Shown here in pieces: positions 27,846 to 35,671 of a DNA stretch of 51,023 bases (position 1 is the stretch's first letter; each line of letters begins with the position of its first letter). The notes below the pieces were generated by a model that saw only the letters and a list, made by a program, of their open reading frames with translations, searched no databases and was not told the origin of the DNA. The position numbers and the translations under genes were made by a program. This stretch comes from Gemmatimonadota bacterium (GTDB lineage Bacteria; Gemmatimonadota; Gemmatimonadetes; Longimicrobiales; Gaopeijiaceae), in contig JBDHHQ010000024.1 in NCBI GenBank assembly GCA_039589315.1, forward strand, positions 1 to 51,023, given 5' to 3'.

Positions 27846-29477
27846 ATGGCAGCGAAGGAACTGGATTTCGATATCGACGCCCGGACCCGCTTGAAGGCCG
27901 GCGTCGACAAGCTGGCGCACGCCGTGCGGGTGACGCTGGGCCCGAAGGGCCGGAACGTGGTTCTCGACCGGAAGTTCGGCACTCCGACCGTGACCAAGGA
28001 CGGCGTGACCGTGGCCAAGGAGATCGAGCTGGAGGATCCGGTCGAGAACATGGGCGCCCAGATGGTGAAGGAGGTCGCAACCAAGACGTCGGATGTCGCG
28101 GGCGACGGCACGACGACCGCCACGGTGCTCGCCCAGGCCATCTTCACCGAGGGCCTGAAGAACGTCACGGCCGGAACGAACCCGATGGGCATCCGCCGGG
28201 GCATCGACAAGGCGGTGGAGCAGGTGGTTGACCATCTCCACAGCATTTCGATGGAGACCAAGGGCAAGAGAGAGATCGCCCAGGTCGGCGCCATCAGCGC
28301 CAACAACGACCCGGAGATCGGCGACCTGATCTCCGACGCCATGGAGAAGGTGGGCAAGGACGGCGTGATCACGGTCGAGGAGGCCAAGGGCCTCGAGACC
28401 ACCCTCGAGACTGTCGAGGGCATGCAGTTCGACCGTGGGTACCTGTCTCCCTACTTCGTTACCGATCCGGAGCGGATGGAGGCGGCGCTCGAGGAGCCCA
28501 TGATCCTCATCCACGACAAGAAGATCTCTTCGATGAAGGATCTGCTCCCGATTCTGGAGAAGGTCGCCCAGATGGGTAAGCCCCTCCTGATCATCGCGGA
28601 GGACGTGGAAGGCGAGGCCCTGGCCACGCTGGTGGTCAACAAGCTCCGCGGGACCCTCAAGGTCGCTGCCGTGAAGGCCCCCGGCTTCGGGGACCGGCGG
28701 AAGGCCATGCTCCAGGACATCGCCATCCTGACGGGTGGTCAGGTGATCTCGGAGGAGGTCGGCTTCAAGCTCGAGAACGCCGTCGTGAGCGATCTCGGCT
28801 CCGCCAAGCGCATCGTCATCGACAAGGACGACACGACGATCATCGACGGTGCCGGTGAGGCGGAGCGGATCCACGGCCGCATCGACGAGATCAAGGTCGC
28901 CATCGACAAGTCCACGTCGGACTACGATCGGGAGAAGCTGCAGGAGCGGCTCGCGAAGCTCGCCGGCGGCGTGGCCGTGATCAACGTCGGTGCTGCCACC
29001 GAGACCGAGATGAAGGAGAAGAAGGCTCTGGTGGAGGACGCCCTCCACGCCACCCGTGCAGCCGTCGAGGAGGGCATCGTGCCCGGCGGTGGCGTCGCGC
29101 TCCTTCGGGCTCAGCAGATCCTCGACGCCTTCAAGGTCGAGCGCCATGACGAGCAAGTGGGCGTGGAGATCCTCCGGCGCGCGCTGGAGTTCCCGCTCCG
29201 CCTCATCGCCCACAACGCGGGCGAAGAGGGCTCCATCGTGGTCTCCAAGGTCCGTGAGAACGATTCGGTGAGCTTCGGCTACAACGCCCTCACCGACGAG
29301 TACGGCGACCTGGTCGAGGCCGGTATCATCGATCCTACCAAGGTCGTGCGCACGGCGCTGCAGAACGCGGCGTCCATCGCCGGCCTGCTCCTCACCACCG
29401 AGGCCGTGGTGGTGGAGAAGCCCGAGGAGAACAGCGCGCCTCCGATGCCGGGTGGCGGCATGGGCGGGATGTACTAG
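27846..29477 (+). CDS. groEL: Chaperonin GroEL
   Basis: [34 protein letters not shown] tail. Confidence 0.99.
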   Translation: MAAKELDFDIDARTRLKAGVDKLAHAVRVTLGPKGRNVVLDRKFGTPTVTKDGVTVAKEIELEDPVENMGAQMVKEVATKTSDVAGDGTTTATVLAQAIFTEGLKNVTAGTNPMGIRRGIDKAVEQVVDHLHSISMETKGKREIAQVGAISANNDPEIGDLISDAMEKVGKDGVITVEEAKGLETTLETVEGMQFDRGYLSPYFVTDPERMEAALEEPMILIHDKKISSMKDLLPILEKVAQMGKPLLIIAEDVEGEALATLVVNKLRGTLKVAAVKAPGFGDRRKAMLQDIAILTGGQVISEEVGFKLENAVVSDLGSAKRIVIDKDDTTIIDGAGEAERIHGRIDEIKVAIDKSTSDYDREKLQERLAKLAGGVAVINVGAATETEMKEKKALVEDALHATRAAVEEGIVPGGGVALLRAQQILDAFKVERHDEQVGVEILRRALEFPLRLIAHNAGEEGSIVVSKVRENDSVSFGYNALTDEYGDLVEAGIIDPTKVVRTALQNAASIAGLLLTTEAVVVEKPEENSAPPMPGGGMGGMY

Positions 29478-29542
29478 GAACCGAGAGGTTTCTATCGCCG
29501 CTCACGTAGCGGCGAGCGCTGGCCGCTACGGTGGTTGGCGAG

Positions 29543-29584
29543 ACGAAGGAAGCCCGGGCCCCCGAGGGTCCGGGCTTCTTTCGT
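29543..29584 (+). terminator. Intrinsic terminator after groEL
   Basis: ACGAAGGAAGCCCGGGCCC-CCGA-GGGTCCGGGCTTCTTTCGT. Confidence 0.8.
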
Positions 29585-29748
29585 ACCACGAGGCAACGTG
29601 TGCCACCTACAATGCGTCCGTTGCGGAGGGTCAACGGGTGTCTCGGTCGTTGGTGCAAGGCTCCGATGGCATGTGCGGCATGAGAATCGGCTGGCAACAT
29701 TGGCTTTACGGCGACGGGCGACTGATGGTGCCTTGCCACGCGTTGACT

Positions 29749-29763
29749 TGGTACGGAACTTGT
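29749..29763 (+). promoter_or_regulatory. Candidate sigma54 (-24/-12) promoter
   Basis: TGGTACG-N4-TTGT versus consensus TGGCACG-N4-TTGC, about 100 nt upstream of ATG 29863. Confidence 0.45.
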
Positions 29764-29862
29764 CGTCGATCCCCTCGTGCATTCGTAATGCCCTCTCGCC
29801 GGGTCGGGTGATGCCCCTCCTGGCACGAGGCGCAGAATCTCCCCTTGGGGGAGGGAGTCCGG

Positions 29863-30840
29863 ATGGTGGTCCGAGACGCCCCTCTCCCGCTGGAGGTACC
29901 CGTGACGGCACCACCCGAGCGTATGCCCCCGTCACTGGGGCGGTACCGGGCACAGAAGGCAGAGGAGTTGCTCGGCAGCCTGGTGGGCGTAATCTCGGCC
30001 CGCGTGGTCACCGATGACGAGGGGGCTATCGAGGAGATCCATGTCCTCAGCACGAGCGACCTCTCGCCCAAGCGGGCGGTCCGCAACGTGGAATCCGCCC
30101 TCCTCGCTCACATGGACCTGGCCGTCGACCACAGGAGGATCTCGGTTGCCCAAGCCGAACCGGGCCAGGAGGCCGAGATCATGGCGACCCTCCAGCAAGC
30201 GAGAGCAGGCCGCGACGTCATCGAGGCGCCGCCGCCCGTGGAATCCCACGCGGAGGCGGCTCCGCCGCAGGGCCAGGTAGCGGCTCTCGGCCGTCTTCCG
30301 TCATCGGTGAGGCGTTCCGGCCGGCCAGCGCAGGCGCCGAGTCCCGAGGACAACTCCGACCGCTTCCTGTTCGTCGGCCACCAGGTCACGAGTCAGCGCG
30401 CCCACCGCGTCGAGACCCGCGTGACCCTCGAATGGCGAGGACGTCGCTACGAAGGAGCTGCCTGGACGCCCGACCTACCCAAAGCGCGGCTCGAGGCCAT
30501 GGCGGAAGCTACGCTCCGCGCAATCGAGCAGACGCTGAACGGAGACGGAGAGGACGCCGGCTCGGGTGCGGCGCTGAGCCTCGAGGGCGTGAGGCTCGTC
30601 GAAGCGTTCGACCGTCGCTACGTACTGGTGGCGGTGCACGCGGTCGAGGGGCGCCGGGTCTTTCCGCTTGCCGGCGCCGTCCTGGCCGGCGAGAATCCCG
30701 AAGCGGCCGCCGTGCTGGCCACGCTTCAGGCCACCAACCGGCGAATCCCGGGCATGCTGGAAGAGGTCGCACCGCGCGCCGCGCCCACCGAGGAAGAGCC
30801 GGACACAGGGTTCGGCGATCCGTTCGACATCTGGGGGTAG
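29863..30840 (+). CDS. Hypothetical two-domain protein
   Basis: GGAGGGAG RBS; ordered N-domain (IEEIHVL..RNVESAL..DHRRISVAQ), P/A-rich linker, C-domain ending ATLQATNR. Confidence 0.75.
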   Translation: MVVRDAPLPLEVPVTAPPERMPPSLGRYRAQKAEELLGSLVGVISARVVTDDEGAIEEIHVLSTSDLSPKRAVRNVESALLAHMDLAVDHRRISVAQAEPGQEAEIMATLQQARAGRDVIEAPPPVESHAEAAPPQGQVAALGRLPSSVRRSGRPAQAPSPEDNSDRFLFVGHQVTSQRAHRVETRVTLEWRGRRYEGAAWTPDLPKARLEAMAEATLRAIEQTLNGDGEDAGSGAALSLEGVRLVEAFDRRYVLVAVHAVEGRRVFPLAGAVLAGENPEAAAVLATLQATNRRIPGMLEEVAPRAAPTEEEPDTGFGDPFDIWG

Positions 30841-30879
30841 AGGCTCGTAGGGCCGATCCTCCACCCCCCCGCGCCCCCG

Positions 30880-30908
30880 CTGACGTCCCACGGCAATCCT
30901 GCTACCTT
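30880..30908 (+). promoter_or_regulatory. Candidate sigma70 promoter of thrS
   Basis: CTGACG-N17-TACCTT with extended -10 TG. Confidence 0.5.
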
Positions 30909-30986
30909 TTCGGTCCGCGCCGCGTCCCGGTACCGTAGTCCGGCAACGCGCGGCCGCAGCACCACCCCAACACAAAAGACCGACCC

Positions 30987-32909
30987 ATGAGCGCCGAGCA
31001 GATCAAGATCTCCCTGCCTGACGGGACCGTCATCGACATGCCCTCCGGGTCCTCCGCCGCGGACGTAGCCGCGGCCATCGGGCCGGGGCTGGCCAAGGCG
31101 GCACTCGCCGCCGTCGTCGACGGTGAGACCGTGGACCTGAACCGTCCGATCGACGGGGATGCCGAGCTCCGCATTCTTACCGCGCGGGACGCCGACGCTC
31201 TGCCGGTGCTGCGGCATTCGGCCGCCCACGTGCTCGCGACGGCGGTGCGGGAGATCGATCCACAGGCGGGCATCGGGTTCGGACCGGCCATCGACGACGG
31301 TTTCTACTACGACTTCGACGTGGCGGAGCCGTTCACCCCGGAGACCGTGGAGGCCATCGAGTCCCGCATGGCCGATGTGGTCGAGGAGGACTACCCGTTC
31401 GAGCGACGCCGCGTGACCGCCGAAGAGGCGCGGGAGCTCTTCGCCGACGACCCCCTCAAGCTGGAGCGACTCGAGGAGTTCGACGAGGACGAGGTCATCA
31501 CTGTTTACCGGGACGGGCCTTTCCTCGACCTCTGCCGCGGACCACATCTGCCCTCCACCGGAGCGCTCGAGCACTTCAAGCTCCTCAGTACCGCTGGTGC
31601 CTACTGGAGGGGTGACGAGAAGCGGCAGATGCTCCAACGCATCTACGGTACCGCGTTCTTCAAGAAGGACGATCTGGAGCAGCACCTCCACATGCTGGAG
31701 GAGGCGAAGAGGCGAGACCACAGGGTACTGGGCAGGGAGCTCGACCTCTTCAGCATCCAGGAGGAGGTCGGACAGGGGTTCGTGCTCTGGCATCCGAACG
31801 GTGGCATCATTCGGCACACCGTCGAGGAGTTCCTGAAGCGAACCCTCCTGGAGCACGGGTACGAGCTCGTCTACTCCCCACAGGTCGCGAGCGAGGAGCT
31901 GTACCGGATCAGCGGACACCTGGAGGTGTTCGACGCCAACATGTTCCCGGCCATGGACGACGAGGGCACCCGCTTCCGGCTGAAGCCCATGAACTGCCCT
32001 CATCACTTCATGATCTACAGCTCCCAGACCCGGTCGTACCGGGATCTTCCGCTTCGCTTCGCCGAGCTGGGCACCTGCTACCGGTATGAGCGATCGGGCA
32101 CCCTCCACGGCATGCTGCGGGTCCGGTCGTTCACTCAGGACGACGCGCACATCTTCGTCCGTGAGGACCAGATCGAGGATGAGTACGATCGCCTCCTGGA
32201 CCTGGTGGACTATCTCCTGAGAGCCTTCGGCTACGAGTACCGGGTCGCCCTCGCGACCCGTCCCGAGAAAGCGATTGGCGATCCCGAGGTCTACGACGCG
32301 GCCGCCGAGCGGCTCCGGGGCGTGCTCGAGCGCCGGGGCATGGAGTATGAGGTGGACGAGGGAGGCGGGGCGTTCTATGGCCCCAAGATCGACATCCTCC
32401 TGGTGGACGCTCTGGGCCGGGAATGGCAGGGCCCGACCTTCCAGCTCGACTTCCTGATGCCTCAGCGGTTCGAGCTGGAGTACGTGGGAAGCGACAATGC
32501 CAAGCACAACGTCGTCGTGATCCACCGGACCATGCTCGGCTCCATGGAGCGCTTCATCGGCGGGCTGGTGGAGCATTACGCCGGGGCGTTTCCGGTCTGG
32601 CTCGCACCCGAGCAGGTCTGGGTGCTCCCCATCTCCGAGCAGTGGGAGGAGAGCGGGAAGGAGCTCCAGGAGCAGCTCGTGGCAGCCGGCGTCCGTGCTC
32701 GCCTGCAGGCGCGGGACACCCTGAGTTACCGCATCCGTGAGGGAGAGACCAAGAAGGTGCCGTACATGGCCGTGGTCGGTGAGCGAGAGGCCGAGGCGGG
32801 AACCGTAGCGGTGCGGAAGCGCGGTGCCGGCAAGAAGCAGGAGGTCATGGACCGGTCGGACTTCGTGGACCGGGTGACCCGGGAGATCGCCGAGCGGCTG
32901 ATCGACTGA
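30987..32909 (+). CDS. thrS: Threonine--tRNA ligase
   Basis: TGS domain, RHSAAH, DLCRGPH, GAYWRG, KPMNCP, FYGPKID, GSMERF. Confidence 0.99.
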   Translation: MSAEQIKISLPDGTVIDMPSGSSAADVAAAIGPGLAKAALAAVVDGETVDLNRPIDGDAELRILTARDADALPVLRHSAAHVLATAVREIDPQAGIGFGPAIDDGFYYDFDVAEPFTPETVEAIESRMADVVEEDYPFERRRVTAEEARELFADDPLKLERLEEFDEDEVITVYRDGPFLDLCRGPHLPSTGALEHFKLLSTAGAYWRGDEKRQMLQRIYGTAFFKKDDLEQHLHMLEEAKRRDHRVLGRELDLFSIQEEVGQGFVLWHPNGGIIRHTVEEFLKRTLLEHGYELVYSPQVASEELYRISGHLEVFDANMFPAMDDEGTRFRLKPMNCPHHFMIYSSQTRSYRDLPLRFAELGTCYRYERSGTLHGMLRVRSFTQDDAHIFVREDQIEDEYDRLLDLVDYLLRAFGYEYRVALATRPEKAIGDPEVYDAAAERLRGVLERRGMEYEVDEGGGAFYGPKIDILLVDALGREWQGPTFQLDFLMPQRFELEYVGSDNAKHNVVVIHRTMLGSMERFIGGLVEHYAGAFPVWLAPEQVWVLPISEQWEESGKELQEQLVAAGVRARLQARDTLSYRIREGETKKVPYMAVVGEREAEAGTVAVRKRGAGKKQEVMDRSDFVDRVTREIAERLID

Positions 32910-33008
32910 CGGTCCGCCGCCCGACGGTTGACGAAGGCCTCCGCCGTCGCGACCTTACTGGCCGGTTCGAGCCCGGCGCCTGGAGCGTCGACTCGCCGGA
33001 CAAACTGG

Positions 33009-33146
33009 AAAGTGAGCCGGTGGACCCCGGCTCCACCTTTTGGCCCCCCCAGGGAAGCGGCCACCGGGTTGGAAGACGCGAGCCCCGCCATTCGCGGGGT
33101 CGGAGTGTGCGTCTCTTCTGGCCCGGAGCGATCCGGGCTTTTTTCG
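33009..33146 (+). ncRNA. Structured infC-rpmI-rplT leader / attenuator (L20-leader-like candidate)
   Basis: Hairpin 33014-33033; long stem 33064-33079 with 33109-33126 overlapping terminator GCCCGGA-GCGA-TCCGGGC-TTTTTT (33121-33144). Confidence 0.55.
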
Positions 33147-33204
33147 TATGGGCGCCCCGCTCCCCGCGGTCAAGGACAGTCGAAACGCAACAAGGAGGGG
33201 AATC

Positions 33205-33720
33205 ATCAAGGATCAGAGGGTCCGCGTAAACGACCAGATCCGGATCAGCCCAGTGCGCCTGATTGGCGCCGATGGCGAACAGGTAGGAATCGTCTCCCTC
33301 GATGAAGCGAAAGATCGCGCCAACGAGGCCGGAATGGACATGGTCGAGGTTGCACCCGAGGCCCGACCCCCCGTGGTCAAGCTCATGGATTACGGGAAGT
33401 ACAAGTACGAGGCCGCTCGGGCCGCTCGGGACGCGAAGAAGCGGCAGCACACGATCCAGGTGAAGGAAGTGAAGTTCCGGCCGGGTATCGAGGAGCACGA
33501 CTACGAGTTCAAGACTCGTCACGCGCGTCGCTTCCTCGAGGAAGGGAACAAGGTCAAGCTCACGATGATGTTCCGGGGCCGTCAGGTGTCGCACCCGGAA
33601 ATCGGTCTCGAGGTGCTCCAACGGGTAACCGAGGATCTCGAGGACGTGGGCAAGATCGAGGCCCAGCCCAGGAGAGAGGGGAGGATCATCCATATGGTCC
33701 TTGCCCCATTGAAAATGTAA
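33205..33720 (+). CDS. infC: Translation initiation factor IF-3, non-AUG (ATC) start
   Basis: RVNDQIR..VRLIG, PPVVKLMDYGKYKY, KEVKFRP, MFRGR; AAGGAGG RBS at 33192-33198 followed by in-frame ATC ATC and no ATG. Confidence 0.96.
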   Translation: MKDQRVRVNDQIRISPVRLIGADGEQVGIVSLDEAKDRANEAGMDMVEVAPEARPPVVKLMDYGKYKYEAARAARDAKKRQHTIQVKEVKFRPGIEEHDYEFKTRHARRFLEEGNKVKLTMMFRGRQVSHPEIGLEVLQRVTEDLEDVGKIEAQPRREGRIIHMVLAPLKM

Positions 33721-33810
33721 GCGAAAGCGGTCCGCTCAGATTCGGACCGATAACATGACCACGTAGTGGCGCAGCGTTGGCGCACACCGCGGGGCCGAGG
33801 AGCGACCACG

Positions 33811-34008
33811 ATGCCGAAGATGAAGACGAACAGGGGCGCGGCGAAGCGTCTCAAGACCACGGGCCGTGGCAAGATCCGCCGTCGGCGGGCCTACAAGAGC
33901 CACATCCTCACGAAGAAGTCCACGAAACGGAAGCGGCGTCTGCGCCATGCCACTCTGGTGGCGAAGGCGGACGAAAGACGCGTCCGTCGCATGCTTCCCG
34001 GCTCGTAA
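33811..34008 (+). CDS. rpmI: 50S ribosomal protein L35
   Basis: [28 protein letters not shown]. Confidence 0.98.
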   Translation: MPKMKTNRGAAKRLKTTGRGKIRRRRAYKSHILTKKSTKRKRRLRHATLVAKADERRVRRMLPGS

Positions 34009-34021
34009 GGAGGGACGGCCC

Positions 34022-34387
34022 ATGCCACGCTCGACGCACTCGACCGCGCGCAACAAGCGCAAGAAGAAGATCTTCAAGGCTGCCAAGGGCTACTTCGGCG
34101 GCCGCAAGAACCTCTACCGCACGGCGAAGGATGCCGTGGAGAAGGGGTGGGAGCACGCATACCGGGACCGGAAGAAGAAGAAGCGGAACTTCCGGCGGTT
34201 GTGGATCACCCGGATCAACGCTGCAGCGAGAGAGCACGATCTCTCGTACTCTCGATTCATGAACGGCCTCAAGATCTCCGGGGTCGAGTTGGACCGCAAA
34301 GCGCTCGCCGACCTGGCCGTCCGGAGTCCTGAGGCCTTCGGAGCTCTGGCGGATCAGGCCAAGGAAGGGCTGAAGAAGGCGAGCTAG
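34022..34387 (+). CDS. rplT: 50S ribosomal protein L20
   Basis: [34 protein letters not shown]. Confidence 0.98.
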   Translation: MPRSTHSTARNKRKKKIFKAAKGYFGGRKNLYRTAKDAVEKGWEHAYRDRKKKKRNFRRLWITRINAAAREHDLSYSRFMNGLKISGVELDRKALADLAVRSPEAFGALADQAKEGLKKAS

Positions 34388-34417
34388 ACACCGGTCGCGG
34401 TCGCTTTCTCAGGCGCC

Positions 34418-34449
34418 ACGGGGGCTCCGCCGAGCGCGGGGCCCTTCGT
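34418..34449 (+). terminator. Hairpin terminator after rplT
   Basis: ACGGGGGCTCCGC / GCGGGGCCCTTCGT stem with G-U pairs. Confidence 0.55.
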
Positions 34450-34639
34450 CGTATGAGGGGGTCCGACAAACCCCGATCTGGCGATGACGGAGGCGCACCG
34501 AAACGGCCCGTCGGCAGGGAGAATCGGCACCTCCGGCGGCGCCAACACCCGCTGGGGACGAAAAGGCCGAAGAGGTGTTTTCCCGGCGCCGTCCGTACGA
34601 TACGTTGACGCGTCTTCTCAACTGAACGTTCTAAGGTCA

Positions 34640-35671
34640 ATGGGCAACAACGCATCCTTGATAGACGAGTTGAGGGCGCTCGAGGTCGAGGCGAAGGAGG
34701 CGGTCGAGCAGACGGCGGACCTCGGGGGGTTGGAGCAGGTGAGAATCGACTTCCTCGGTCGCAAGGAGGGGAGGGTGTCTCTCATCCTGCGCCGTCTGGG
34801 CGAGATGGACCCCTCGGACCGGCCGGCCGTCGGCGCCGAGGCGAACCGGGTCAAGCAGCTCCTCACCGAGGCGTTGGAGGCTCGGAAGGTTCAGCTCGAG
34901 ACCGGTGTGGTGGCCGGGTCCGGCGAGGACCTGACCATGCCCGCGCGGCGTTGGTGGCCCGGAGGCATCCATCCCGTGAGCCTCGTGATCCAGGAGATCT
35001 GGGAGGTCTTCCAGAGCCTGGGTTTCTCCAGGGCCCGTGGGCCCGAAGCCGATTCGGAGTGGTACAACTTCGAGGCCCTCAATACGCCGTTGGACCATCC
35101 GGCCGCAGACGAGCAGGACACCCTCTACCTGAAGGGCGGCTATCTGCTCAGGAGCCACACGTCGCCGGTCCAGATCCGGACCATGGAGAAGCACGAGCCG
35201 CCCATCCGCGTCATCGCGCCCGGCTGGGTCTACCGGCGGGACACGTACGACGCGACGCACACCCCGGCGTTCGCCCAGATCGAGGGGCTGGTGGTGGACG
35301 AGGGCGTGACCTTCGTGGACTTCAAGGCGACGCTGGCCGAGTTCTCGCGCCGGCTCTGGGGGCCGGGCACGAAAGTCCGGTTCCGTCCGTCGTTCTTCCC
35401 GTTCACCGAGCCCAGCGCCGAGGTGGACGTGAAGCGGGTGATCGAACGTCCCGACGGCACGAGCCACGAAACCGATTGGCTGGAGATCATGGGCGCCGGC
35501 ATGGTCGACCCCGCGGTCCTGGACAACGTGGGCTACGATTCGGAGCGCTACACGGGCTTCGCCTTCGGCATGGGCCCCGCCCGCATCGCCATGCTCAAGT
35601 ATGGCGTGACCGACATTCGGACGTTCTTCGAGAACGATGTGCGCTTCCTCAGTCAGTTCACCTCGTCATGA
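34640..35671 (+). CDS. pheS: Phenylalanine--tRNA ligase alpha subunit
   Basis: NFEALN..HPA, LLRSHTSPVQIR, RFRPSFFPFTEPSAE, GFAFGMG. Confidence 0.99.
   Translation: MGNNASLIDELRALEVEAKEAVEQTADLGGLEQVRIDFLGRKEGRVSLILRRLGEMDPSDRPAVGAEANRVKQLLTEALEARKVQLETGVVAGSGEDLTMPARRWWPGGIHPVSLVIQEIWEVFQSLGFSRARGPEADSEWYNFEALNTPLDHPAADEQDTLYLKGGYLLRSHTSPVQIRTMEKHEPPIRVIAPGWVYRRDTYDATHTPAFAQIEGLVVDEGVTFVDFKATLAEFSRRLWGPGTKVRFRPSFFPFTEPSAEVDVKRVIERPDGTSHETDWLEIMGAGMVDPAVLDNVGYDSERYTGFAFGMGPARIAMLKYGVTDIRTFFENDVRFLSQFTSS

Noticed and set aside
29821..29835. Second sigma54-like site TGGCACGAGGCGCA
   Set aside because: The GC is 2 nt out of the strict -24/-12 spacing.
34478..34512. GATGA...CCGAAAC hammerhead-like core between rplT and pheS; also checked for a T-box or pheM attenuator
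   Set aside because: Core reads GCGATGA, not CTGATGA, and stem II is out of register; no T-box sequence or Phe-rich leader peptide was seen.
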